Source: Cyanobacteriota bacterium (lineage in GTDB: Bacteria; Cyanobacteriota; Cyanobacteriia; Cyanobacteriales; Nostocaceae). Taken from it: DNA of 64,000 nt. The stretch covers positions 64,001 to 128,000 of the forward strand of contig JBJOKS010000002.1 in assembly GCA_046045965.1 (NCBI GenBank), read 5' to 3'. This document shows positions 1 through 10,096 of the stretch, in pieces. Under the pieces are notes generated by a model, which saw nothing but the letters and a program-made list of their open reading frames with translations, did not search any database and was not told the origin of the DNA. The stretch's first letter is position 1. Each line of letters starts with the position of its first letter. The translations under genes were made by a program, and so were the position numbers.

Positions 1-210
1 ATTTATATTATCTGTAAACAATGGTTTATCACCCCTATCCGGCATCGAGTCGAAAACAATGGCAAGTATTGGGTTTATATTTTTAATAAGTATCTTTTTA
101 ACAAGGGTGTGATTGCCGGATACAATAAACAAAAGTGTGATTTGTAGTCTAATTCATAGCCTACATAGCTAAACCAGGTTTCACAAAATCAAGGCATTCT
201 ACTGAAGACT

Positions 211-1359
211 ATGGCTCAAACTGTGATGCAAACTCAGAGGGGTGTAACTAATTTCCAGCCGCTTGATGTTGAACTGCGGAACGTATTCAAGTTTTTCAAC
301 CAAGAACCAGCAGTACATGGTGTGGACTTAGATGTGAGACAGGGGGAGTTCTTTAGTATTTTAGGACCTTCTGGTTGTGGTAAGACAACTATACTCCGGT
401 TGATTGCCGGGTTTGAACAGGTTGATGCTGGCAAGTTGCTGATTCAAGGACAGTCGATGACTAATGTTCCTCCTTATAGGAGACCTGTAAATACTGTATT
501 TCAAAGCTATGCGCTGTTTAATCACTTGAATGTGTGGGATAACATTGCTTTTGGATTACGGTTAAAAAAAATCTCTAAATCAGAACTTAATAGCAGAGTC
601 ACGGAAGCTTTAAAGCTGGTGAAAATGGAAAGTTTGCGATCGCGTTTACCTTCTCAGCTTTCTGGTGGTCAGCAACAACGAGTTGCTTTAGCTAGAGCTT
701 TGGTTAACCGTCCCGCTGTCTTACTCCTAGATGAACCCTTGGGAGCTTTAGATTTAAAACTGCGTAAGGAAATGCAGGTGGAGCTATGCAATCTCCACAA
801 AGAGTTAGGATTGACCTTTATCATGGTGACTCATGATCAAGAGGAAGCACTCAGTTTATCTGATCGGATCGCAGTGATGAATCAGGGCAAAATTGAACAA
901 GTTGGTACTCCCAGCACCATTTACGAACGTCCGCAAACCGCTTTTGTGGCTGATTTTATTGGTGATACCAATTTATTTAGCGGGGAAATTACTACAATTG
1001 ATACCGAGTGTGTCAAGGTTTTGACTAAAACCGGACTGTCCATTGTTGCTGCTCGTACAGAAGATACACCCTGGGAATTATTACAAGCGGTAGTATTGAG
1101 TGTCCGTCCTGAAAAAATTCAGATTTCTCTTTATCATCCCAATCTACCAACAAACTGCTTTGAAGGTAGGCTCGTTAATGTTATGTATTTGGGTACTCAT
1201 GTTAATTATGTCGTGGAATTAGCCAATGGCATAAATGTTAATGTTTTACAACCTAACACCTTTGGTAGTTTACCAGACCGGAATACACCTATTTACATTT
1301 GGTGGGCAGAAACTGACTGTTTAGCTATTAGTCAAACATCAAAGGTGAATCAACAATAA
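211..1359 (+). CDS. potA: Polyamine ABC transporter ATP-binding subunit
   Basis: Walker [23 protein letters not shown] signature, LLLDEP Walker B, C-terminal TOBE-like region; adjacent to potD/potB. Confidence 0.93.
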   Translation: MAQTVMQTQRGVTNFQPLDVELRNVFKFFNQEPAVHGVDLDVRQGEFFSILGPSGCGKTTILRLIAGFEQVDAGKLLIQGQSMTNVPPYRRPVNTVFQSYALFNHLNVWDNIAFGLRLKKISKSELNSRVTEALKLVKMESLRSRLPSQLSGGQQQRVALARALVNRPAVLLLDEPLGALDLKLRKEMQVELCNLHKELGLTFIMVTHDQEEALSLSDRIAVMNQGKIEQVGTPSTIYERPQTAFVADFIGDTNLFSGEITTIDTECVKVLTKTGLSIVAARTEDTPWELLQAVVLSVRPEKIQISLYHPNLPTNCFEGRLVNVMYLGTHVNYVVELANGINVNVLQPNTFGSLPDRNTPIYIWWAETDCLAISQTSKVNQQ

Positions 1360-1362
1360 ACC

Positions 1363-2460
1363 ATGATGATGAAAATAACAAGGAGAAGGGAATTTATCAA
1401 AAAAATGGCGTTGCTTTCTAGCTTGTCTTTAAGTAGTTGTGGCTGGAGATTAGCTAATGTGAGCGCCAATAATTTTACTAGTTCTGGTAAAAGTGATGAA
1501 TTGTATATATATACATGGAGTCAATATACCGATCAAGAACTACTATCTACATTTACTACCCAAACTGGTATCAAAGTTTTGGCAGATGTTTTTGATTCTA
1601 ATGATGTGATGCTGGCTAAATTACAAGCAGGAGGTGGTGGTGCTTATAGCATTATCTATCCATCTGACTATATGGTGCAGAAGATGGTAGAGAAAAATTT
1701 GTTAATAGAAATCAATCATGAAAATTTGCTCGGTTTAGAAAATTTATTTCCCCAATTTAAAAATCCTAGCTATGACCCTAATAACCGTTATAGTCTGCCT
1801 TTTAATTGGGGAACAACGGGGTTAGTTTACAACTCTGAAAAAATGGCAACTCCACCTGAAGATTGGGAATATCTTTGGCAAAACCAAGATCAACTTTATA
1901 AGCGGATGACTGTATTAAATGATGTGCGGGAGGTGATGGGGGCAACATTAAAGATGCTAGGTTATTCTTATAATTCGCAAAATGAGATGGAAATTAAAGC
2001 AGCTTATGAAAAATTGCGGTCTTTAAAACCAGCGATCGCCGCTTTTGACACCGATGCTTGGCAAAACCAAATGCTGGCAGGAGATTTATTATTAGCTATG
2101 TGTTATTCTGCCGATGGCGTGAAAATATCCAAGGAAAATCCTAAACTGAAATATGTGATTCCTCGCAGTGGTTCTTCTCTATGGACAGATACTATTGTCA
2201 TTCCCAAAACCGCCCCTAATATCCCTGGAGCTTATAGCTGGATTAACTTGTTACTGCAACCAGATGTAGCCGCCGAAATCAGCAAAAGATTGAAAATTGC
2301 TACTCCAAATAATGCTGGCTTTGAGCAATTACCAAAAGAAATTCAAAATAATACTAACTTATTTCCTCCTGAATCAGTTTTAAATAAATGTGAACGCCTC
2401 ACTCCTGTAGGTGATTTTGAAGAAGTTTATGAGCGATATTGGACTCAATTACTAGCATAA
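1363..2460 (+). CDS. potD: Spermidine/putrescine-binding periplasmic lipoprotein
   Basis: Twin-arginine-like signal RRREF and lipobox LSSC; PotD motifs YTWSQY, IIYPSDY, WGTTG, W-T-D-T-I-V-I-P. Confidence 0.9.
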   Translation: MMMKITRRREFIKKMALLSSLSLSSCGWRLANVSANNFTSSGKSDELYIYTWSQYTDQELLSTFTTQTGIKVLADVFDSNDVMLAKLQAGGGGAYSIIYPSDYMVQKMVEKNLLIEINHENLLGLENLFPQFKNPSYDPNNRYSLPFNWGTTGLVYNSEKMATPPEDWEYLWQNQDQLYKRMTVLNDVREVMGATLKMLGYSYNSQNEMEIKAAYEKLRSLKPAIAAFDTDAWQNQMLAGDLLLAMCYSADGVKISKENPKLKYVIPRSGSSLWTDTIVIPKTAPNIPGAYSWINLLLQPDVAAEISKRLKIATPNNAGFEQLPKEIQNNTNLFPPESVLNKCERLTPVGDFEEVYERYWTQLLA

Positions 2461-2494
2461 AATATCTAAAAAAATGGCTGTTAATTGATTTTTT

Positions 2495-2539
2495 CCAATT
2501 ACCAATTACCAATTACCAATTACCAATTACCAATTACCA
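2495..2539 (+). repeat. STRR heptamer tandem repeat (CCAATTA)x6
   Basis: Six perfect CCAATTA copies plus CCA between potD and potB. Confidence 0.95.
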
Positions 2540-2589
2540 GCCCAAACAGATAAGATAGAAAATTTCAAATCACAAATTGGTATCAAGCT

Positions 2590-3504
2590 GTGTCTATTCA
2601 AATTCCTAATTCCCCGGTAAAATCGAGCGATATTGTCAAAAAAACGCAATGGTATCACTATCCTTTCAAATGGATGCCACCATTAGCCTTACTAGCACCA
2701 TCTGGGATTTGGTTATTACTGTTATTATTACTGCCCACATTTATCATTTTTCAACTGAGTTTAGTAACGGATATCCGACCAGGGGATATTGTCAATCCTA
2801 ACGGTGTTGACAACTATATCCGTATTCTGGAACCGCTTTACTTACGAGTTATATTTAATTCTCTATTTTTGGCAATTAATACGACCATTATTTGTTTATT
2901 TTTGGGTTTTCCTGTGGCTTATTGGATTGCTCAAATGTCACCAAAACGCTGGCGAAATTTATTATTATTAGGCTTTGTTTTGCCTTTATGGACTTCTTCT
3001 TTACTGCGTTCTTATGCTTGGATTACTATTCTCCGTCCCACGGGATTATTGAATAGTATACTCACCAGTGTAGGTTTACCAGCTTTGGAATTACTCAATC
3101 GTACTCCTGCGGTATTAATTAGCATGAGTTATAGTTTATTACCCTATATGGTTTTAGTATTGTATGCTTCTTTAGAAAAATTAGATCGACGTTTATTAGA
3201 AGCTGCTGCTGATTTAGGTGCAAACCCAGTACAAACTTTTCGGAGAGTGACAGTACCACAAGTTTTTCCGGGTATTGCTGCTGGTTCTTTGTTGGTATTT
3301 ATTACCGCATTGGGGGATTTTATTGATCCAGAATTATTGGGTGGTGCTTCGAGTATGACTGCTGCAAGGTTGGTTTATAATCAGTTTCTCGGTGCTACTC
3401 AAAATTGGGGTTTTGGTTCTGCTTTGAGTATGACTTTGATTTTGGTGGTGAGTGTTGCGATCTCACTCGTGATTAAATTTGGTGAGGTGACACCGAAGAA
3501 GTAA
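2590..3504 (+). CDS. potB: Polyamine ABC transporter permease
   Basis: Multiple TM segments, LPLWTSSLLRSYAW, EAA loop (LLEAAADLGA), NWGFGSALS. Confidence 0.9.
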   Translation: MSIQIPNSPVKSSDIVKKTQWYHYPFKWMPPLALLAPSGIWLLLLLLLPTFIIFQLSLVTDIRPGDIVNPNGVDNYIRILEPLYLRVIFNSLFLAINTTIICLFLGFPVAYWIAQMSPKRWRNLLLLGFVLPLWTSSLLRSYAWITILRPTGLLNSILTSVGLPALELLNRTPAVLISMSYSLLPYMVLVLYASLEKLDRRLLEAAADLGANPVQTFRRVTVPQVFPGIAAGSLLVFITALGDFIDPELLGGASSMTAARLVYNQFLGATQNWGFGSALSMTLILVVSVAISLVIKFGEVTPKK

Positions 3505-3508
3505 TTCA

Positions 3509-4630
3509 TCAACTATCTATCTTTGATATCTGTAATTTTCTACTGGTGGGATTAATAATAGAAACACCCAATTCTTGAGTAATTTTTAAAGCTTGTTCAT
3601 AACACTGAGAAGATAAATGAGCAAGATTCATTTTTTGATATAATTCTGATAATGCTTCCAGTACCTCAGATTCTGCTCGACGACATTCCATTTCTCTAAA
3701 AATACTTAAAGCTGATTGTAAATGATCTTCTGCTTCTTGATACCGATTCATCCGCATTAAAGTTTTACCAATATTACAAGTTCCCCACGCTTCTTGAGTT
3801 CTATAACCAATTTTTTGGGCAACTTCTAAACCTTGTTTATTGTAATCTAATGCTTTGACATAATCCTCCATACAAATATACACCAATCCTAAACTTGTTA
3901 ATACTATAGATTCTTGTTCAGGATCACCAATTTCTCTCACATTTATTAACTCATTCTGATAACATTCCAGAGCTTGAGGATATTGTCCTAAATATATATA
4001 AGCTAAACCTAATCTGGTATTTAAAATGTTTTGTAGATGACGATTTTTAAGTTGATATGCAATAGTTAAACCTTGTTCATAAAAATCAATGGCAGTATCA
4101 TAATTGCTCTGCATTAAATACACATTACCTAAATTATTTAAAAGTTGAGCTTGGTTAGGTTGATCATTGATTTCTTGAGCTATTTCTAATCCTTTTTCAT
4201 AACATTGAAAACACTCAGAATATTTACTAATACTATAATAAACATTGCCTAAACCACATAAATAGGCTAATTCAGTTACAGGATCTAAATTTCCCAGGAG
4301 ATTTTTATATACTTGAATAAGTTCAGAATAATATCCCCAAATACCCAATTGTTGATGAAATTGTTGTTGAATTGGTGGAGTTAAAGACATAGATAAAATA
4401 TCACTAGCTGGTTTCCAAGCGTGAGCATCACAAAGATGATAAAGTGCTTGTAAATAGCCTTCTAATTTTTGCCGATGACTAGCATTAATATTAGTTTGGT
4501 AATCTGTTAACCAGTTAATTACAGCTATATAATGATCTAATTGTTCTGGGGGAACTTGTTGTACAAGATTAGATGGTTGAATGCCTATATTTTCTAGGAT
4601 GATCGATCCTGGTAATAAAGAAATTTCCAT
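3509..4630 (-). CDS. Tetratricopeptide-repeat protein
   Basis: Tandem ~40-aa TPR units (LNNLGNVY..Y..AI.FYEQGL.IA). Confidence 0.88.
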   Translation of the reverse strand: MEISLLPGSIILENIGIQPSNLVQQVPPEQLDHYIAVINWLTDYQTNINASHRQKLEGYLQALYHLCDAHAWKPASDILSMSLTPPIQQQFHQQLGIWGYYSELIQVYKNLLGNLDPVTELAYLCGLGNVYYSISKYSECFQCYEKGLEIAQEINDQPNQAQLLNNLGNVYLMQSNYDTAIDFYEQGLTIAYQLKNRHLQNILNTRLGLAYIYLGQYPQALECYQNELINVREIGDPEQESIVLTSLGLVYICMEDYVKALDYNKQGLEVAQKIGYRTQEAWGTCNIGKTLMRMNRYQEAEDHLQSALSIFREMECRRAESEVLEALSELYQKMNLAHLSSQCYEQALKITQELGVSIINPTSRKLQISKIDS

Positions 4631-4657
4631 ATTATGCCTTTTTTTATTCCTTTGGTG

Positions 4658-6139
4658 TTAAGATTTTTGTAATAACTTTTCATGATGAGCTATAGCAACA
4701 CTTCTAACTAAATTGTGCATTCCTATCAGTTTCCAGCCATTATTTTGATCAAAGGTGACTTCAACTAAATAACGATCTTCTAAAGTTTGTAGTGCGATTT
4801 TTTGCTGTTCTTCAGTACATTGCCTATACTGTAAATGTCTCAACCACCAACTTTGTTGCACTGGAACACGATATACTGAACCTGTGCAAAGCAAAATATA
4901 GGCATGATGGGCATGATCTGATAATCTTTTGAAAGTTTGCTCTAGTCTACTTTGGACTTTTATGCGTAGCTCGATAGAATACCGATCTAATTTCCATTGA
5001 TCATTTGTTGATTTTATCATACCTTGACTAGCTTCTGCTAAAGCTTTTTCTACTTCTTCAATTTCCTGACTATACTGTTGCCAATAAGCGGAAACTTGGG
5101 ATGAAAAATCATTGATAATTTCTCCTGAAATGGTTCTTAATGCTAAAGGATGTCCTTTATATGCTTTACCTATTCTTAACAGCAATTTCATTTCCACAGA
5201 TGGCAAATTAGCACCTAAACCAACTTTATTAAATAAAGTCAATTGTTCCGTTTCTGTGAGTCCATCAACTCTCTGACAGTGCCAGAAATTGGGATAGCGC
5301 GATGCTGCTTCTAGCAGTTGACGTGGTAACTCTTGAGAGGTAATAATAAAACGACTTTTACAGGTTTCTGTTGATAGCAAACTTGCGAAAAATTGACACC
5401 ACCATTCATCAATAAAATCACTCCATCCAGTATTTTCATCTCCCATCAGTGCCAATTCCAAAGAGTCAATTAAGATTAACTGTGGATGATGACAAAAATA
5501 TGTAACTAAATGCTGGAGTAAAGACTGTGGTTGTTTTCGTTCTTCTGGTGAAACCTGTTCTCCTGCATTTTCTAACCACTTTACCGCGACACTTACGAAG
5601 TCTGAAGACGTGTTTTTGTCATCAAAGTTTTTTCGACACAATTTTTCTGGATTATGATCAAACTTGCTACTTAATTCCAGACTTAACCTTTCTGCTAATG
5701 CTGTTTTACCAATTCCTGTTAGTCCAACTAAGAGCAGTAAACGACAACAACCTTGTAAACTTTGAGTGAGATTGGTAATTAAATCATCTCTTCCTGTCCA
5801 CCCACTATCATAAACAAAAAATTCAGTTATTAAACTTGCTGGATTGGATTTTTCTGATTTTTCTGATGTATCTGTGGGTATATTTTGGGGAATTAATTCT
5901 GGTTTGTATTGATAGAATAAAGTTATTAATTCCTGTCGTTTGGAAAGACGCTCTCCATCGAGGTTTTTTAATTCAAAAGCTTTACATATAGATTCAATAT
6001 GTTTTCTTACAGTGGTTCTACTTATGTAAAGAGATTCCGCAATTTGTTGGTCTTTTTCACCACATAAGAATTTATCTAATACTCGTCGCTGTTGACGGGT
6101 TAGTGCGTCAAGTGCTGTCTGGAACTTATCAATATCCAC
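4658..6139 (-). CDS. LuxR-type HTH + NB-ARC (STAND) NTPase, no C-terminal sensor repeats
   Basis: N-terminal LTRQQRRVL..GEKDQQIAESLYIS.TTVRKH; Walker A GLTGIGKT; Walker B LILIDSLE; IITSQE; GHPLAL; MHNLVR winged-helix motif. Confidence 0.85.
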   Translation of the reverse strand: MDIDKFQTALDALTRQQRRVLDKFLCGEKDQQIAESLYISRTTVRKHIESICKAFELKNLDGERLSKRQELITLFYQYKPELIPQNIPTDTSEKSEKSNPASLITEFFVYDSGWTGRDDLITNLTQSLQGCCRLLLLVGLTGIGKTALAERLSLELSSKFDHNPEKLCRKNFDDKNTSSDFVSVAVKWLENAGEQVSPEERKQPQSLLQHLVTYFCHHPQLILIDSLELALMGDENTGWSDFIDEWWCQFFASLLSTETCKSRFIITSQELPRQLLEAASRYPNFWHCQRVDGLTETEQLTLFNKVGLGANLPSVEMKLLLRIGKAYKGHPLALRTISGEIINDFSSQVSAYWQQYSQEIEEVEKALAEASQGMIKSTNDQWKLDRYSIELRIKVQSRLEQTFKRLSDHAHHAYILLCTGSVYRVPVQQSWWLRHLQYRQCTEEQQKIALQTLEDRYLVEVTFDQNNGWKLIGMHNLVRSVAIAHHEKLLQKS

Positions 6140-6355
6140 TGTGTCTCTTGGGTTGATGATTATATTGTGTATATTTTTAGGTTAATCAATATTATACACA
6201 GTTGTGAATTTTTCTACACAGTTACAAAAAATAATAAATTACTTAGTATGCTGTATATGTAGGTAATGCCTAATTAATGTCGTATTTGTTACGGTAATTA
6301 TTTGTATTATTATGTATGGCGATGTGTTATTGAATAGCGATCGCTCTGCTTAGAC

Positions 6356-6447
6356 ATCGCTATTCTCGTGGGTTTGGTATAGGTGTCAAAAAATTTTTTC
6401 CCTATTTGCAACACAGGATCAAGAAGGAGCGTATATAAAGTAAGCCT
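6356..6447 (+). repeat. Left copy of ~92 bp direct repeat (3' end of CPBP gene + promoter motif)
   Basis: First 26 nt identical to 18894-18919, roughly 90% identical overall by eye; encodes IAILVGLV-stop. Confidence 0.95.
6406..6435 (+). promoter_or_regulatory. Putative ECF-sigma promoter copy 1 (TTGCAAC-N17-CGTATA)
   Basis: -35-like TTGCAAC 6406-6412, -10-like CGTATA 6430-6435, upstream A/T tracts. Confidence 0.75.
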
Positions 6448-6499
6448 ATTCTGTCCTAGCTTGTCTGATACAGATGTCAAAAAAAATTTTTTGAGTTTT

Positions 6500-6529
6500 T
6501 TGCAACATGAGGTGAATCTAGTGCGTATA
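6500..6529 (+). promoter_or_regulatory. Putative ECF-sigma promoter copy 2
   Basis: TTGCAAC 6500-6506, 17-nt spacer, CGTATA 6524-6529; ~90 nt upstream of the first cargo gene. Confidence 0.78.
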
Positions 6530-6616
6530 TAGATTGTGGACGATATCAAACATCTGCATCCAGTTCAACAAGATACCTTGTTACTCCTAGAACATTCGTT
6601 TTAATTGCCTAACACT

Positions 6617-7348
6617 ATGTCAAATTCCATACCACCAGAAAATCAAACTTCTGATGAACTAACTAATAGAGATGATTTAGATTCTCCCTCAGCGGTTAAT
6701 TTTCCTACTTCCAATTCAAAACATCCACAGTTAGTAGTAGAAACTAGCAAAAACGCTGTTTTAGATGTCTGGAGTGCTTTAAAACTGATTTGGAATGATC
6801 CCAATAATGGACTACAAACGGCAATTAATAGTTTAGGAGATAGTCGAATTTTCTATGCGGGAATTGCCCTTTGTATTCTGTTTGTGTTATCTGTTTGGAT
6901 GGCAGCATTAAAAACTCTAGAATCTCTTGCACCGTTGTTTTCTTTCGGTGGTTTATTTGGTGCAAGTTATAGTACCCAGTTAAGTTTTTCAGAACAATTG
7001 CGAGTTATTTTAGCTGCGACAATTCCCGTATTAGGGATGATAGCAGTTTTGTGGATCACCCGCAAAATATTTAAAGGTTCTGGGAATTATCAACAATTCA
7101 CATTTGTTACAGGTTTTTGTTTTGCTCCTATTACCTTTTTGCTATTAATGCTGTGGTTATTAGGCAGTAATGCAGCAGAATTAATGGCGTTAATTTCTGT
7201 ATTTTGCTGGACTACATTTGTTTTATTTTTGAATACAGCACTAATAGGAGTGTTGGGTTTATCTTCTCGCAATGCACTATTACTTGTGCCGCTAGTTTTA
7301 GTGGCTGATTTTTTCATCACTAGAGTTGGTATTGATATTTTGTATTGA
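6617..7348 (+). CDS. Polytopic membrane protein, possibly Yip1-like
   Basis: Disordered N-terminus then ~5 hydrophobic segments; ATG 6617 preferred over TTG 6605. Confidence 0.7.
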   Translation: MSNSIPPENQTSDELTNRDDLDSPSAVNFPTSNSKHPQLVVETSKNAVLDVWSALKLIWNDPNNGLQTAINSLGDSRIFYAGIALCILFVLSVWMAALKTLESLAPLFSFGGLFGASYSTQLSFSEQLRVILAATIPVLGMIAVLWITRKIFKGSGNYQQFTFVTGFCFAPITFLLLMLWLLGSNAAELMALISVFCWTTFVLFLNTALIGVLGLSSRNALLLVPLVLVADFFITRVGIDILY

Positions 7349-7369
7349 AACCAATTTGGGAATAATTAG

Positions 7370-7415
7370 CAACCTGTTGTACTTCAACCTGTTGTACTTC
7401 AACCTGTTGTACTTC
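7370..7415 (+). repeat. 15-bp tandem repeat (CAACCTGTTGTACTT)x3
   Basis: Three perfect copies just upstream of the lemA RBS. Confidence 0.95.
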
Positions 7416-7447
7416 GTTATCATCAACGTTTTCATAAGGAGTCTATC

Positions 7448-8005
7448 ATGGGTCAAATATTTGTTTTTTTCCTGGCCATGCTGGGATTGTTAGGATATTT
7501 AGTATCGAAAATTTACAATGAAATGAATAGACTTAATTCCAGAGTGAACAGAAACTTTTCTGGAATAGATACACAATTATCCAGAAGACACGCTGTTATT
7601 AAAAAGTTGGTTAGTAGTGTTGGTGCAGAACAAAAAAACGTTATTAAACAGTTTGAAGAGTTGACTAATTTAGTGGAAAAAGCCAATTTACAACGGGGAA
7701 ATCAACAGGCTTTTCTTGATACAGAAAATCAGATATCAAGAATGTGGAATCAAATATTAAACTTACCACAACTCAAAAGTATACGCGGGTTTCAAGACCT
7801 CAATAAACAAATTGCTGAAATAGAAGAAGAAATTGCAGCAGCCAGAAGAACATATAACGATAGTGTTGAAAGATTTAACACTTATTTAGTGAGTTTTCCG
7901 GCTGGATTTATTGCACAACTTCTTTTCAAACAGTTTCAAGAAAAGGCTTATTTTCAAGCAACTGCTGAAGAAAGACAAGATTCTGATATAGATTTTAATT
8001 TTTAG
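7448..8005 (+). CDS. lemA: LemA family protein
   Basis: N-terminal TM anchor, IDTQLSRRH, IAAARRTYNDSVERFN..LVSFPAGFIA; AAGGAG RBS. Confidence 0.88.
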   Translation: MGQIFVFFLAMLGLLGYLVSKIYNEMNRLNSRVNRNFSGIDTQLSRRHAVIKKLVSSVGAEQKNVIKQFEELTNLVEKANLQRGNQQAFLDTENQISRMWNQILNLPQLKSIRGFQDLNKQIAEIEEEIAAARRTYNDSVERFNTYLVSFPAGFIAQLLFKQFQEKAYFQATAEERQDSDIDFNF

Positions 8006-8046
8006 GTTGCTGTTGTCATCAAAAATGAAATAGAGGTAGATAGAAC

Positions 8047-9282
8047 ATGGATGAAAAACATAGTTATGCAGTTGAGAGCTTCTTTACTGGTAATGCTTTC
8101 AATACTAGACTGATGGAAGTGGAAACTGCTAGACAGGAAAAAGTTAAAAATCAGTTAATTTTTGGGGGATTAATTTTAACTGCACGGATTGTAATTGGTA
8201 TTTTGGGTTGTAGTATTTTGACTTTCATAATCCTATTTTTTGTAGATTCAGGATTTTCTCATATTCTGGCTTCTCTAGTAGGTTCAGGTGTTATTTATGG
8301 GCTAATGCGTGGTATTGATTGGGCTAAAAGTCGTATTAATTTTTTTGTGAAAAAACATAACAATCTACTGTTTTATCTTCGTAAAGATGCAATTGAAGGC
8401 TTTGTAAAAATTATTTTTCCCAATGCAGAACAGATAATATTTGAACCACAGATTTCATCTAAGAATCAGATGCAACCGATATTAGCTAATTTGTTCTACA
8501 ACAAGCTTTATAAATATACAGAGAAAAACACGCTTTCATTTACAATTAATAAACGACCTTTTTACATAGCAGATGTAGAACCTGTATATATACTTAATTC
8601 CCAGAAAGAGTCTATTGAGATTGATAAATTTATGGATAGATATAATAGACAAACTGTGTGTTACTTTAAAGGCATTGCTTATCAAATGGAATATGAAAAA
8701 GAAAATCTCAATAGTAATTTTCTAACATTAATGATTCCTAAAAAAGCTGCACCTAGTCCCACAAAAAAAATCAGAGAAGACCGTAAAACAATTACAGTTA
8801 GTAAAGATTATCCTAGATTGGAACTTTTGAGTAGGGATAAACGCCGCCCAGAAAGATTTATCCAGCGTGGTTATGAGGAATATAGTGTAGAAAACATAGA
8901 AATGGAAGATAACTTCTATGTCTTTACAAACAATGAAAACGCTTCCAGAAAACTACTATCCTATCGGTTTATGGAGAAGATTGCAGAAATTACATCACCA
9001 AAAAAAGAAGAAATATCTCGACCAAAAGTAGTACAATTACTTTTAGGTAATCAGGAAAATACTCCTAATTTCTGGATGCAATTTATCAATATGACTCGCG
9101 GAAATAATAAACCATTACAGAAACTTACAGTTGTAACTACAAATAATAATTTGACTTTTTTTGAGCTAACAGGAGAAAAATCTTGTCAATTAGATAACTT
9201 TCTACACAACTTTCAAAAATTGGAGAACAGATTAAATTCAATAATTACTGCATTAAATGTAGTACCAACCACTGGAAATTGA
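8047..9282 (+). CDS. Two-TM membrane protein with large soluble domain, possibly DUF3137-like
   Basis: Two N-terminal TMs; ENIEMEDNFYVFTNNENASRKLLS..FMEKI resembles the DUF3137 motif; follows lemA. Confidence 0.6.
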   Translation: MDEKHSYAVESFFTGNAFNTRLMEVETARQEKVKNQLIFGGLILTARIVIGILGCSILTFIILFFVDSGFSHILASLVGSGVIYGLMRGIDWAKSRINFFVKKHNNLLFYLRKDAIEGFVKIIFPNAEQIIFEPQISSKNQMQPILANLFYNKLYKYTEKNTLSFTINKRPFYIADVEPVYILNSQKESIEIDKFMDRYNRQTVCYFKGIAYQMEYEKENLNSNFLTLMIPKKAAPSPTKKIREDRKTITVSKDYPRLELLSRDKRRPERFIQRGYEEYSVENIEMEDNFYVFTNNENASRKLLSYRFMEKIAEITSPKKEEISRPKVVQLLLGNQENTPNFWMQFINMTRGNNKPLQKLTVVTTNNNLTFFELTGEKSCQLDNFLHNFQKLENRLNSIITALNVVPTTGN

Positions 9283-9288
9283 TATGGA

Positions 9289-10035
9289 GTGATAACTATG
9301 GATTTGAATCTTCAAAATATTAATCTCTATATCTCAGAATCTGATGTGGTAAGAACTATCATTAATCAGCGTCTTCAGGAACTAAAATTGCAAGAACCCC
9401 GATTAAAATTAGTTTTTCCACGTGCAACACTCGCTTTTATTTGGTTATTTATGATCCTAGCATCTTCTGTTATGTTGGGAATTTCTGTAATTAGTTTTTC
9501 TCTCAATTTAATAGTGATATCCAAGGTATATTATGACTTTGGTATTTTTCTAGGATGTTTATTGTTAATACCTTTAATAGTTTCTTGGAGAAAATATTTA
9601 CAAACAACAAAAAACCACAAAAAGCAATTGCGTTTATCAAGAACAGAACCTATTAATATAATGGAGATAGAACACTATTTTTCTGAACAAAAAAGTAATT
9701 TTATCAGAACATATCAGGAATATGTAAAAAATGTGCATAAAAAGATAGAGAATATAGAAAAAAATCAGCATCTCAGTTCAACCACAGCAGATGAAGTGCA
9801 AAGTTTACAAAATAGAATTTCTCAAGCTATTGATAGACTAGAAATACTGAAAAATGATTACTTTTCACGGTTAGATAATGTGGAATTGGAATTAAAAAAT
9901 AGGCTGATTGACCATAAAAGCGATCAGGAAATAGAAGTAGTTATAGAGTCTCAAATTTTAGTAGAAAGATTAGAAGAAGAGGTAGAAGCTATTAATTATT
10001 ATTTACAAGCTGTGGATGAAATTGGTTGGAGATAA
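9289..10035 (+). CDS. Hypothetical two-TM protein with C-terminal coiled coil
   Basis: 248-aa ORF, RBS GGAG, two hydrophobic segments then a charged helical region; start could be ATG 9298. Confidence 0.7.
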   Translation: MITMDLNLQNINLYISESDVVRTIINQRLQELKLQEPRLKLVFPRATLAFIWLFMILASSVMLGISVISFSLNLIVISKVYYDFGIFLGCLLLIPLIVSWRKYLQTTKNHKKQLRLSRTEPINIMEIEHYFSEQKSNFIRTYQEYVKNVHKKIENIEKNQHLSSTTADEVQSLQNRISQAIDRLEILKNDYFSRLDNVELELKNRLIDHKSDQEIEVVIESQILVERLEEEVEAINYYLQAVDEIGWR

Positions 10036-10096
10036 TTTGCTGTTAGATTTTATCTAAAATTCAAATTTTGTCAACAAAAAATGAGGTAAAAATTTT

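Noticed and set aside
211..3504. potC missing from the pot operon, possibly removed by the island
   Set aside because: potADB with an unlinked potC is the known arrangement in Anabaena; no potC remnant is seen
6310..6549. 79-aa - strand ORF sharing NRLTLYTL..PVLQI.KKFF with ORF 18924-19190
   Set aside because: The similarity is just the antisense translation of the 92-bp promoter repeat, not a protein family
6400..6551. Tandem motif copies as a CRISPR mini-array or attC sites
   Set aside because: Only two short boxes are conserved around a variable 17-nt spacer; no palindrome, regular spacing, cas gene or integrase
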